A stretch of DNA of 63,992 nt, filler included, from Stramenopiles sp. TOSAG23-3 (taxonomy: Eukaryota): assembly GCA_900128585.1 (NCBI GenBank). It is 7 parts of 7 records of this genome, joined end to end, with 100 filler letters (N's around TTAATTAATTAA, not from the genome) between each part and the next. Parts side by side here need not be neighbours in the genome. Positions count along the whole stretch, not along the records: positions 36,993 to 46,114 come from LT642950.1; positions 46,215 to 55,331 come from LT642951.1; positions 55,432 to 63,992 come from LT643004.1; 4 more parts are not named here. One strand, 5' to 3'. How positions within the stretch are numbered: the stretch's first letter is position 1; each line of letters begins with the position of its first letter. The notes under the pieces are model-generated. The model saw nothing but the letters and a program-made list of their open reading frames with translations. It was not told where the DNA came from and ran no database searches. Positions 44,645 through 55,433 of the stretch are shown one piece after another. The translations under genes and the position numbers were made by a program.

Positions 44645-46114
44645 TTATTGGTTTAGTGGCCCAAAAGGCGGCTGTACTGGTCCTTCAATTGGTTTTGAGT
44701 ATTGAGCAACCACTACATCAGCTATTTCTCCTAATTCCTTGTAACGGTCTTTGCTTATAGCCCCCATCTTCTTAAGCAAGCTCATTACATTTGCCCTATT
44801 GGTTAAGTCATATCTACGGGTGTCTTCAGAAGCATTCTTATCTTGTATATTAAACTCCTTTAAAGTTATTACAGTAGGACTTAATTTTTCGTATTGTAAA
44901 ACGTGACTAGAATTTTTACCTTCCATGACAGGTGATAGCCCTAAAAGATCTTCTATACTAGATGTGCTAGCTAATGTCTTTAGATCTTCAAATCTTTTAT
45001 TAGCAATAGCTTCTTCTACCTGAACGGCAAATTTATAACCGCCAGCTCCGCTATCGGCACTAGAGGTTTTTTCATTTAGTTTCCTAAAGTAACCAGCAGT
45101 AGCATCACCTTTTTTAACCTCTTCTATTTTTGTACTGTTAAAAAATATTTCATCACTACTAGCATAAACTTTCTTTTGCTTATCTTCAGGACTTAAATTA
45201 CGCCAAGAAGTGGCATCGACATCAATATTAAACATGTCTAAATAATAATCCTGTAATTGTCTATTGCCCTCTGCACTATTTATTTTAGCTAAATTGTTTT
45301 CAAATAATTCTTCTCTAACTTTGTTTATTTGAGTAGTGTTTAAGGCTTGCCTTTCATAAGAAGTGCTTTGACCTAACTCATTAACATCTCCACGCGTAAG
45401 AACAGCCTCTCCATCTACGACGTTTGGTAAAAAATTACCTTTTTCATCATAAAGCATGCTGCTTTGACTATCAACCATTTCATTAACTGGATTCTTAGCC
45501 TGTATTGTTAGATTCTGCATTCTTTCAGGAAAGTTCTGAGCGTTTATTTCAAAGTATTTACCCTCTTTGTTTTTTGCCCAAGCTACCATAGTGCCATCGC
45601 CTTTATATTTTAAGCCTGCTTGATATCCAGGAGCTCCACCAAATCCATTAAATAAAGCATCAGATTCCGCAATTGAGCCATTTTTATCTTGAGTTAAGAA
45701 CATAGTTTTACCGGCTTGGTCGTAATTTCTAACCATCTCAGGTAAATCTCCAGTAGCTCCAATCGCAGCTTTGGCTAATTCATTATATGTAGCTATTTTC
45801 ATTTGCTCTTGAGCTAAGCGCTCAGACAATGCTGGATCCGCATTACCTTGCATTTGAGCTTTTTTAATTGCATAGATTCTTTCAAGGGCTGCATTGTTAC
45901 CTAACACCATTTGCTGGCGCATAGAGTTCGACATACCCTCTAGGCCCTTATTGAATAGTGATGCATCTGCTGCTTGCTCGTTAGATAATTTAATCATATT
46001 TTGATTAAACTGTTTTCTTTCTAACTCTCTTTTTTCTCGCTCTCTTTTTTGTTCAGCACCGAATTTAGCTACCCCTTGTGCTATAGCCCCTGTAGCTTGT
46101 GCTAAAGCCTGAGG
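44645..46114 (-). CDS. phage hypothetical (putative internal virion) protein, 5' partial
   Basis: The frame stays open for 39 more codons to the contig edge (PQALAQATGAIAQGVAKFGAEQKRERE...). Confidence 0.75.
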   Translation of the reverse strand, partial: PQALAQATGAIAQGVAKFGAEQKREREKRELERKQFNQNMIKLSNEQAADASLFNKGLEGMSNSMRQQMVLGNNAALERIYAIKKAQMQGNADPALSERLAQEQMKIATYNELAKAAIGATGDLPEMVRNYDQAGKTMFLTQDKNGSIAESDALFNGFGGAPGYQAGLKYKGDGTMVAWAKNKEGKYFEINAQNFPERMQNLTIQAKNPVNEMVDSQSSMLYDEKGNFLPNVVDGEAVLTRGDVNELGQSTSYERQALNTTQINKVREELFENNLAKINSAEGNRQLQDYYLDMFNIDVDATSWRNLSPEDKQKKVYASSDEIFFNSTKIEEVKKGDATAGYFRKLNEKTSSADSGAGGYKFAVQVEEAIANKRFEDLKTLASTSSIEDLLGLSPVMEGKNSSHVLQYEKLSPTVITLKEFNIQDKNASEDTRRYDLTNRANVMSLLKKMGAISKDRYKELGEIADVVVAQYSKPIEGPVQPPFGPLNQ

Positions 46115-46214
46115 NNNNNNNNNNNNNNNNNNNNNNNNNNNNNNNNNNNNNNNNNNNNTTAATTAATTAANNNNNNNNNNNNNNNNNNNNNNNNNNNNNN
46201 NNNNNNNNNNNNNN

Positions 46215-46893
46215 GCGCGCGAAATTAAGAAAGTCAGTCGGTACAAGAAACCACCAGCAGCAACTGAGGAAGAGCTGGCAATGCAAAAACAAGAAATTGC
46301 AGAAGACAAAGAGGCACGTCGGTTGGAGAGATTGGCGAAACGAAAGAAGAAAAAAGACGGGACCGTTTCTGCTGACTGATGAGCAAGGGAACTTTTTGGT
46401 GTCGAGGGTGTTTTCGAAAATGTTTTTGACGATTGAAAAGAAGCAGATGAAAATAATCGATTTCTTCCGTGAAATTGATCAAGACGAATCTGGAATCATA
46501 TCGGGAAAGGAACTACGAAAAGGGCTGAAAGAAGTTTTGAAAATCAACCTGACGAACGAACAGTACCACCAGGTCATGTCCAAAATCGACGAAGACCACA
46601 GCGATGAAATAGACTACAGCGAACTGGCCCACGTAATCAAGCAGGCCAACCCGCGAAGGGAAGCCTCAAAAGCCAGAAGAGACAAGCGGATGAAAAGCCA
46701 ACAAAATAAATCGGTCCCAAAGAAGAAGAAGAAAAAGAAGACGCTCGCACAGTTGAAGAAGAAGTCCGTGCTGGCCGGCGTATTTGATGAAGCAGGTTCC
46801 GTGAGCAAGCACGCAATAAGTATTGATAATAAGAGTTCAAACGAAATGGGCGATGCCACTGCCAGTGTTTTGGGGGTAGTGAACGAGGAGTGA
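46215..46893 (+). CDS. EF-hand protein, 5' partial, +1 frameshift in the A-run at 46350-46355
   Basis: EF loops DQDESGIISGKE and DEDHSDEIDYSE. The upstream frame AREIKKVSRYKKPP...RLERLAKRKKK joins if one A is removed. Confidence 0.75.
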
Positions 46894-46990
46894 AAAAATG
46901 TTAGAAGGTAAGAGTTCTTAAAGTAGTATATAAGAGAGTGAAAAAGAATACTTTTTGTATCATTTCATAACACACCCAAAATACTCAATT

Positions 46991-47056
46991 AAACAAGAAA
47001 ATTGGCTGTTATTTAAGTAGTATTAAAAAGCAAGAAAATTGGCTGTTATTTAAGTA
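46991..47056 (+). repeat. two tandem copies of the dispersed motif AACAAGAAAATTGGCTGTTATTTAAGTA
   Basis: Copies at 46991 and 47031, between convergent stop codons. Confidence 0.9.
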
Positions 47057-47073
47057 TTATAAAGTAGAATTAC

Positions 47074-50049
47074 TCAGGTCCTTCCTGTTATGTTCTTTAT
47101 CCGCTGCTTCGTCGCTATCAACATATTCTGTCTTTGTACTTCCAGTCTATTTCTCATTTGCTCCTTTGTTGGCTGGAAATTCCTGTACTTGGCGTTGATA
47201 ATAGTGTTGAAACCCCCTCGGCCCCTCTGGCGACCGACGCTTGTCTGTGCCCGCTTTCGAGACTTGTCCTTGGCTCGTTTCTTTCTCCACTGATCCAATA
47301 ACACGAGATTCGACGAGGGGGCTGGTTGCGACGTATTCGTCTGCGTTTCTGCATGTCGGGTTTCAGAACTTTTTGTTGCCGTGGGGCGTTTTGATTCTGG
47401 GGTTTCTACGCTTAACATCCGTGGTGTGAACGTCCTAATGGACGATTTGCTGTAACCTGTGGAAGGTCGCGAAGGAATCTTAGGGTTTTGTTTCGTCGCA
47501 CCGTACACATTGTACAGACTGTCCTTCTTCTTCTTCTTCTTCTTAGAAACCATTGCCAAAGGTCCTTCAGGGTACGTTGTACTGGTATAGTAGCTCTTTT
47601 GCTTAACCATTGCTGGTCGTGGCAAAGACCCTGTGCCATAAATACCGTGAGTAGCCTGGCAATTGGACATTATGGGCTCATCCGCTTCATGCAGTATATT
47701 CTTCATCAACGACCTTCTATGGAACCGAGTAGTCTTTGGTCTCTCTGTGGCGTTTAGTGACATTGCTCGCTTTGCATGTAGACCTCCACCGTTTGGAGAA
47801 TAATAGTTTTTAGTTGCTTCCAAGACTACATTCCCTGCACCCAATTTAGACGATTCACTTGACGGAAATGCTTCGTTCGACCGTTGTCTTGTTTCGTCGT
47901 TTGAGGCTATCTCTGACAGCGAACCAATAGCTTGAGGTGCGCGTTTCCGGCGGTAGAAACTTTGTGGTAGTTTGTAAGCTTTTTGGCCAGATTCGTCGAT
48001 GGTAGATTGGGCAACACTTTTCCAATTATTTGAACTAAATCGTTCCTTACTGAAATCGTAAGGGGGAGGGTGAAGCTTATACCCTTCTGCACCCCTGGCT
48101 CGCTCGTTTGCCGCGTTATTCGTCATTAGCACCGTAATGGCGGCTTTCCCGGCGTACTTGCAGTCCCTCGGCAGTACTTGCTCACAAAACGTTTCGATTG
48201 AAATTCCATTTTCAACGCTGCCACCGCAATCGACAATAGCCAAGCGTAAATCCTCGTCGGTTACACTCTTTACATCGAGGCCTCTGCTGGTCCGCATTGC
48301 ACTCTTGAACTCTTTAAATGACAAAATGTTGTCTTTATTGCTATCAAACGTCAAAAGGAGTAATTTGAGCACACTGGGATTGGGCACACCTGCGTTGCCC
48401 ATGGACGTGGATAAAGCCTTCCTCTCCGCTTTCATTCGTATAATTTCTTTCAGACGATTATGCCCGACACTCCAAACTCTAGAGTTGCCGCCAGCTTCGT
48501 CCACATTTGCCTTCAAACCATGCCGGTATGGCTCTGAACTTGGCTTCTCCCACGGTTTTGCGTCCGGAGAAAGCTTTGCAGGAAAGGATCGTCGTTTCCC
48601 AGATGGATGAAATGCGGCAGCAAAGTCGTCGAACGAAATGTACCCCTTTTCCCCGCGATCGGTTAGTTTAAACAATGCTTTTGTTGAATGTTTGTCCGTC
48701 GGTTGTACGCCAAGGTTAAGCATTGCGCTGTGGAACATGTGGTAGGTCAACCTTGGGGCACGCGATAGATTAACCAATTTCCAAAAATCCGGAAGCATCA
48801 TGCCAGAGTAGATTACTTTCCTACGGATGGACTCGCTGAGGCTGTCGGGTTGGGCAGCGCTCCCGCCTTCCAGAGACTTCACCGTGTTTTCCTTGCCGGC
48901 CTTCTCCACCTCTACCCCTTTGTCCGCTAGTCCAGGTTGATTTTCAACCACGCCTTTGATTTTCAACGCCTGCATGATTTTTGCCAGTGGAAAGCTTCCG
49001 TAACTACGACCCTGTTTGTCGCTATCAAATTGCTTGATTATACTGTGCAAGTCACCGGGATGGATTGCATCCAAGCCTAAATGCAAATCTTGACGGATTA
49101 CGTTTGTAAAGTCTGCATGAGAGACATCCCCTTCGTTCACATTATAGTTTCCGGTCCATCTTGACCAAACGCGCTGAAAATTTTTCTGAGTAAGAGGGCC
49201 CAGACGTTTCCTGGAAAATACTTCAGCGCATGTTTGCTTGATTATACCGAGGGTTCTCTCGATTCCCTTTGCTTTGGCCGCGCGTGCGTCGCCTTTATCT
49301 GTTACCTTATGCCCCGAGTAAAACGTTTTCATGTTTTTAATACCAAGCCCACACGCCAAATGAACGAAATCGTCGACACGCACTCCTTTGTCCGAGCCTT
49401 TGCTCCATAAATCAAACACCTGGAACAAATCGTTCCGGGTGGCGCAAAGGTCTAGTCCAGTTTTATCGTTCATCGCGCTCACGAACGCAGATTTTGATAA
49501 ATACTTGTTCACGGCATGGCGGTTGAGTAGCAACTTTAGTACATCCGGGTTCACGTCGGCGCTGCTGCCCATTGCCCTTGTCAATGCTTTGTGTTGAACT
49601 TTGGCCTGGATCTCTTTGACGAGCCGTTCTGCGCCAATATTGCGCAGCTTTTCTTGGCTTTTTTGTAAATGGTCGTACAATTTCTGTGCCCTTGGAGACA
49701 TCATCGTGCTTGGTACGCTACACTGGGGAAGGGAGGCCCTCTCATCGTTTTGACGATTCATGACGCCGTCAAACGTGTTTGCAAACCCTCGATAACCTAT
49801 TTTCCCATTTTCGTCTTTGGGGCACGTATCGTAGAGAATTTTAAAGCATTTCCCTCCATTCGCGTCCAAAATTGCCTTCGACGCCCCCTTTACCAGCAAC
49901 GCCGCTCGCAATTCTTCCATTGTCAGCGCATGGTCGGTCCCACGGGCTGCCTGAAGGAAAAATGCCCTCATCGATGGGCACCTCTCATGCAAGAGTTTTT
50001 TGACATGGTGCTTTAATCTCAACAACGACTTCTTCAAATCCGACGCCAT
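47074..50049 (-). CDS. multi-EF-hand protein with an internal duplication and a basic disordered tail
   Basis: DRGEKGYISFDDF and DSNKDNILSFKEF. Repeated block KALTRAMGS..NPDVLKLLL / KALSTSMGN..NPSVLKLLL. Confidence 0.8.
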   Translation of the reverse strand: MASDLKKSLLRLKHHVKKLLHERCPSMRAFFLQAARGTDHALTMEELRAALLVKGASKAILDANGGKCFKILYDTCPKDENGKIGYRGFANTFDGVMNRQNDERASLPQCSVPSTMMSPRAQKLYDHLQKSQEKLRNIGAERLVKEIQAKVQHKALTRAMGSSADVNPDVLKLLLNRHAVNKYLSKSAFVSAMNDKTGLDLCATRNDLFQVFDLWSKGSDKGVRVDDFVHLACGLGIKNMKTFYSGHKVTDKGDARAAKAKGIERTLGIIKQTCAEVFSRKRLGPLTQKNFQRVWSRWTGNYNVNEGDVSHADFTNVIRQDLHLGLDAIHPGDLHSIIKQFDSDKQGRSYGSFPLAKIMQALKIKGVVENQPGLADKGVEVEKAGKENTVKSLEGGSAAQPDSLSESIRRKVIYSGMMLPDFWKLVNLSRAPRLTYHMFHSAMLNLGVQPTDKHSTKALFKLTDRGEKGYISFDDFAAAFHPSGKRRSFPAKLSPDAKPWEKPSSEPYRHGLKANVDEAGGNSRVWSVGHNRLKEIIRMKAERKALSTSMGNAGVPNPSVLKLLLLTFDSNKDNILSFKEFKSAMRTSRGLDVKSVTDEDLRLAIVDCGGSVENGISIETFCEQVLPRDCKYAGKAAITVLMTNNAANERARGAEGYKLHPPPYDFSKERFSSNNWKSVAQSTIDESGQKAYKLPQSFYRRKRAPQAIGSLSEIASNDETRQRSNEAFPSSESSKLGAGNVVLEATKNYYSPNGGGLHAKRAMSLNATERPKTTRFHRRSLMKNILHEADEPIMSNCQATHGIYGTGSLPRPAMVKQKSYYTSTTYPEGPLAMVSKKKKKKKDSLYNVYGATKQNPKIPSRPSTGYSKSSIRTFTPRMLSVETPESKRPTATKSSETRHAETQTNTSQPAPSSNLVLLDQWRKKRAKDKSRKRAQTSVGRQRGRGGFNTIINAKYRNFQPTKEQMRNRLEVQRQNMLIATKQRIKNITGRT

Positions 50050-50896
50050 CGTTTTATTGTTTCAATGATTTTACCCAAAAACAAAGTTGTTTTCTAGGTT
50101 CCGTTTATATCACCTCTTCTAAAGAGATTCACACAATTCACTTTTCTACCTTCATAACCTTTCTTTCCCTTTCCTTTCTTCAATCATGCATCTGCATTTC
50201 TTTCTTTTTCGTTTGTATTATGCGTCGTCTAAAAAAAATAAAAAATAAATATTTTCTTTCTTCTTTTTTTTCTTCTTCCTTCGTTCTTTTTTCTCTCCTC
50301 TCATAATTTCCTATAAAACGTAATGCTGTGTTGACATATTTTTATAATGTTATGGGCTACAGTAAGAGCTAAGACCAGACATCAAAAAAAAACAAATGTG
50401 AAACGCCCGACCGAGAAAAAGTTCATAGGATGACTTTAATTATAATACTAATAATATAATATATAAGTACAAACAACATTAAAAAAATTAAGTTTGAGTT
50501 TCTTATATTCTTCAACCCTATTTAATGTATTACTTTTAATAATCGTTCACAGAATATTAATACCTCCGTCGACTCTCTCTCTGTAATAAAAAATAAATTA
50601 ATAAAAATTATTGATTGAATGATGAGAAAAGTAAAAGAAGAAGAAGAAGAAAAAAAAAAAAAAAGAAATAAAAAAATATAATAATTAATAAATAATGTGA
50701 ATTCAAAAAATACTATTTAAAATTAATTTATTTCAACTTGTTATTCATTAACTGAATTGAAACGTTTTCAAGATAATTGAACAAAGAAGAATTCAATTCA
50801 ATTCATTGATTTTATTCAATAGTAACATACGAAAGCAGACGAAACGAAGGACGCTCATCTTGGCAACCAATATTTATTTAGCAAACACAAAACACT

Positions 50897-51829
50897 ATGG
50901 TATCCCGCCATTTCTCTTTGGACGATCTCTCCTTTGAACACGAGGAACAAGTCAAGTCGTACTTGAAATTTTTTCGTTCAAAGCGTGAAGTTCAATTGAA
51001 GGAGATTGAAGCGTGCTTCGAAGATCAGCGCGAGATGATGTTCGACGAGATGTACTCGAAAGAAGACGTAGAAAAGATGCTCGGAAGTCTATGCAGCAGC
51101 GTGCGGTCTTCCGCCCAAACAGACCTGAAAGAGACGGTGAACATGAGCATGCTTGTGCTGCGGCAGCTTCTGGAGGAAGCAGAAAGCGAGGAGATCGAGA
51201 TGAATTTGGACATGACCGTGGTGGAGGACCAGTCTTTGCTATCTGAAGTGAACAAACTAGCGGTAGATGCACCTACCCGAAGGGACCGCAAGCAGAAAAA
51301 GGTGAAATTGGATGGTATCCGCGATGAGCACCAAACGATGATGAAGGAGTTCGACGGTGTGAAAGCCGACAACAAGAAGCTGTCTCGTTTGAACAAAGAG
51401 CTTACCAAACAGTTAAAGGACTTGATGAAAACAGAAACAGATCTGCGTAGGGATTCAAATAGCTTGAAAGCACAACTGGAAACGATGAGGAGAAGGGTCG
51501 GAGAAGGTAACAGTAGTGCTGGTTCGAAGGTCTCATCCTCCCCAGGTAGGGGTGGTGGCGGCGGCGGCGCCGGCGACGATTACGCCAGTCTCCAAGCCGA
51601 GTTGGAGGAATGCAAAGCTTTGTTGAAAGCGCAAGGGATTGACAGCGAGCAGGCAAGGGACGAAGCTCTTGATAGAGTTGTTAAGACGAAGCAATTTAAG
51701 GAGTTCAGAAGACAATTTCAAAAGAAAAACGAACAGATCGAGACTTTGCGGGAGCGTTTGGCCCGCTACGAGTCGGAAGCGGACGAGCACGGGCTGGAAA
51801 TCCACTCAGAGGTAGAAGGCAAGAAGTAA
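50897..51829 (+). CDS. LZTFL1: leucine zipper transcription factor-like 1 (BBSome regulator)
   Basis: HEEQVKSYLKFFRSKR...CFED, LVLRQLLEEAE and C-terminal KKNEQIETLRERLARYE match the LZTFL1 pattern. Confidence 0.88.
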   Translation: MVSRHFSLDDLSFEHEEQVKSYLKFFRSKREVQLKEIEACFEDQREMMFDEMYSKEDVEKMLGSLCSSVRSSAQTDLKETVNMSMLVLRQLLEEAESEEIEMNLDMTVVEDQSLLSEVNKLAVDAPTRRDRKQKKVKLDGIRDEHQTMMKEFDGVKADNKKLSRLNKELTKQLKDLMKTETDLRRDSNSLKAQLETMRRRVGEGNSSAGSKVSSSPGRGGGGGGAGDDYASLQAELEECKALLKAQGIDSEQARDEALDRVVKTKQFKEFRRQFQKKNEQIETLRERLARYESEADEHGLEIHSEVEGKK

Positions 51830-52121
51830 GGGTCCAACACAGAAGACACGCGCGCAGGCCGAAGCCAGTCGCAGTGGGATCAAAGCCTGCTATTAATTTA
51901 AAACAAAAAATTGGCAGCCTGCTATTATTACTGAGAACGTAATTTCGTACTCTAATAATGCATCGTACGTGGTAATGTAAACACGGAGCACAAGGGACCA
52001 ACATTTACTCTGGTAAAAAAATGAGAGGTCTTGCACATTATTTTGAGTTTATTTTTTAAAAACTTAATTGGCTGAGAGAGAGAAAAGAAAAATGCTGAAT
52101 CTCATCATTAGCATAACATAA

Positions 52122-52222
52122 AAACAAGAAAATTGGCTGTTATTTAAGTAATTAAATTTAGCATAACATAGCTTTCTCATATACCGCAAACATATAACAA
52201 ATAACAGCCAATTTTCTTGTTT
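52122..52222. repeat. inverted pair of the dispersed motif (hairpin or MITE-like, ~100 nt)
   Basis: aaacaagaaaattggctgttattt at 52122 and aaataacagccaattttcttgttt at 52199. Confidence 0.9.
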
Positions 52223-52263
52223 ATAACATATAAAATAATTGACGTAACAGAACACTTTCTTTT

Positions 52264-55252
52264 TTAGCTCTCAGCAGCATTGCCCTCTTCATCGGGAGGG
52301 GCTTCTTCGCCGTTGGGTGCCGCTGACTCTTCGCCATCGCGAGGTAAAGTTTTTCCGGTTGGGATATTTGGAGTTTTTGGAACGCTTTCAGCCAACAAGC
52401 TTTCAGCCTCCTCTTCTAATTCATCGGCATCCTGGACGTCCATCGGTACTGCAGACGGCTTTGCCGCATTCATGGTGGCAGCGTATTGGTCTTCCAAAGA
52501 TAGAGCAACTTCCCCGGTTTCTTCGTCTACGTGCTTCCATTGAAAGGCGCAACAATCAAGGCCACCGGAAGTAATAACTTTCTCATCGCGTTTTGTCCAA
52601 CGGGCTTGCATTACGTGAGACATGTGCCCACTGTTTGCTTTCCCCTTTGCGCCAGCTCTATCATCTTCTCCCCACGTCCCAATACGAAGGCAAGGGAATC
52701 TATGCAGCGTTACATCGAACGTGTCTTCGCCAGTCACGAGAAGGGTCCTCGATTTTGACCGGTCTACGCTGTTGACGTCTGTGCCATCACTGTATTCGGG
52801 CCATATTCCCATCACGGGATAGCCCAGCGTACACGTCCACGAGTGCCATTCCGTATCGCACATGTCTGCGGTGTCTCGGAATTGCTCCCACCGTCCTTTG
52901 CGAGTGTACCCATCGGGCGAGCACCACCAATACAAATGTTCGTAGTCACCTGCGTCCGACTGGAGGATGTAACTGGAGTGGCCTTTCCACGGCGAAAGGC
53001 GGTCGTCTCGGTGCCACGTATACTGCTTGCTGTAAGGGTCTTGTTCGTACTTGTGTACCACACCATCCCGCACAATGCAAAATTTATTAAAGTTGCTACC
53101 GTCCCCGTCGGGGTTCAGCATCCATTTTTCTTGGCTCCAGTCTATGTGTGTGATGTAACTTGAGTGCCCTTTGCATATTCCGATGCGGCGGAAATTCTTT
53201 TTGACGTCGTAGATATATATCCAATTGTCCCGGGAAGCAACTGCAAGCAGGTGATCATCCGGAGAAAATCTAATGTCAGAAACCTCTTCGTTGGCTTTAA
53301 AATTCTTCTGGGTCCTATTTTTAAGATCTGCTGCCGCTTTCTCTTTCGCCATTTTTTCAGCGAGCGCTGCGGTTTCTTTGGCCCCCGCCGTTCGTTTTTT
53401 CGGGGGGCCCTTTGGGGCTGGCGGCTTCGCCATCTTGTAGGCAACTTTTGTGAGCTTACCATCGTCCTTGTCGGCACCAGTAAACACAATAAAATCTGCT
53501 TCGCTCATGCCAATGGCAACCATTTTCCCGTCGTTACTGTAACACGCAACTTGACCCTTCGACGGCAATTCGTGGTCACTGATCATGTACCGTTCGTCGT
53601 AGTCCCAAATTGCAACAGTTTTGTCCTCTGACGCAGTGGCGAACCTGGGGAGGGTTGGGTGACACGCCAGTCCGAGCATAGTTCCACTATGCGCAGGAAG
53701 CATTGGGCGGTTCTCTTCCCCGGTGGTCACCTTGAGGGAATCCCCGGTCTCCGCTACGTCTATTTCTAGGATATCATTCCCCGTCGTGCCGATGACGACT
53801 TTGTTCGGCGCAAACTCACCACCTTCCGTTACACTTCTAGGCGTATGCCCGTGCATGATGGCCTGTTCTGGCGTAAGCTGTGCAAGCATTTGGAATTCAG
53901 CCTTGGCTGATGCATTGATTGTAATTTTCCATATTTTTACTGAACAGTCCTTCCCCGAACTGCACAAGCGCTTCAAATCGTCCAGCCATTCCAGCCCCAG
54001 GACGCCGCCGGGGTGAGCCTTCTTTTCCATGCAGAGCAAGTTGCCTTTCGATTCCCACCACGTAATTCTTGAGCGCGCCTGGTCCTCCTCATCATCGTCG
54101 CTATCACTTTCCGAGTCGGGGGGGATTATGTTCTGAACCCATGCCATGATATGCCCACCAACCGAGCCTGCCAAGGTAAGGCATTCGAGGTCATAATCTG
54201 GGTCGTACCCTTCTAGATCCGGGGCCGGCACAAACGTCACGCATAGAACGTCTTCTATCTTTGCTTTTCCAAATTTCCCCGTGTCCCCTTCCAAGAACCA
54301 TTTCATTTTCTCCTTTCGCCTATTGGTGATCTCTCCACTCAAACCTTTTTTCGGCGGTTTCTTCACTAGGTCCAGCTGCTTCTTTCCAGGGAGCGGCTTG
54401 GTCCCGATCTTGTCCGCGACCGACGCTTTTGGGTTCATCGAACCGCCCCCCGACGTTTTGAACTCAGGGTCAGGTACCAAACTCAACGTCCAGAACTTTA
54501 TGTGCTTGGTACCGCAGCTCATAAGGGTGTAGTGCGCGTCGCTTTCCCACTCCGCCTCATCGATGGAACGGCACTGGAACGGGTTAAACCCTGCAGTGAT
54601 CACGGCACCCCCGTGGCCTTTTGCCGTGGCCATGATTTCGCCTTCTGCCCAATTCCATATCGCAATCGTGTGCCCATCATCACCCCCGACAGACATGAGC
54701 AGCTTTCCATCTCTGGAGAAGTCCATGGCGCGAATGCAGCGCTCGTGAAAGTGCAGCTGGCCTATGGTTTCGGGTGGCCAGGGAGGGGGGCCACCGGCAA
54801 GCAGCTCCGCATTTTCTGCAGTGCCGGACCATGTCCCAGCCCCACTGTCCCAAATATTGATCGGGGGGCCATGGCCCACTTGTCCAGTGGCAACGACGAC
54901 CCCGTTGGGATGTATTGCAATGCCGGATATGTCGTCGTCGTGGTCGCGGTAAAACCTCTGGGTGTGCGTCTTCTTGTCGTACATTACTAGCACGGCAGAG
55001 GCGGGGTATATCAATTCCCCGTTTTTCAAATAAAAAATGTTTTGGTCCCCGTGCGTGTCCCCCCCAACGGTGGGGCACCACCCACTGTAACCGTACACGA
55101 ACTCCAAATCGAGCCTCGAGTCTGGTTCGGACAGATCAATTTTCGATTCGTCGTAGTTCGTAGGACGGAAGCACGTCGATCGACACTCCGGATAGTCTTG
55201 CTTTTCGATGGATAGATCGTCGTACTTGCGGTCGGCGCTCATGTACTCTTTG
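52264..55252 (-). CDS. echinoderm microtubule-associated protein-like (HELP + WD40), 5' end probably cut
   Basis: PDSRLDLEFVYGY, HDDDISGIAIHP, CKGHSSYITHIDWS, WTCTLGYPVMGIWP, DGTDVNSVDRS. Confidence 0.92.
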
Positions 55253-55331
55253 GCGCGCGAAATTAAGAAAGTCAGTCGGTACAAGAAACCACCAGCAGCA
55301 ACTGAGGAAGAGCTGGCAATGCAAAAACAAG
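55253..55331 (+). repeat. 79-nt direct repeat identical to the contig start 46215-46293
   Basis: gcgcgcgaaattaagaaagtcagtcgg...gcaatgcaaaaacaag occurs at both ends of the contig. Confidence 0.95.
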
Positions 55332-55433
55332 NNNNNNNNNNNNNNNNNNNNNNNNNNNNNNNNNNNNNNNNNNNNTTAATTAATTAANNNNNNNNNNNNN
55401 NNNNNNNNNNNNNNNNNNNNNNNNNNNNNNNAC

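Larger units (their letters stand above)
36993..46114. mobile_element. bacteriophage genome fragment (separate contig, not shown to be integrated)
   Basis: AT-rich coding DNA, tightly packed or overlapping genes (ATGA overlap at 38253), no microsatellites, groEL-groES order and giant virion-type proteins. Confidence 0.8.

Noticed and set aside
36893..46214. Phage segment as an endogenous viral element or HGT island in the protist
   Set aside because: Both boundaries are artificial linkers, so no host-virus junction is visible.
9174..55431. TTAATTAATTAA palindrome recurring about every 9.2 kb
   Set aside because: It is embedded in N-runs of identical length and is an artificial six-frame-stop linker. 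The periodicity comes from length-sorted contigs.
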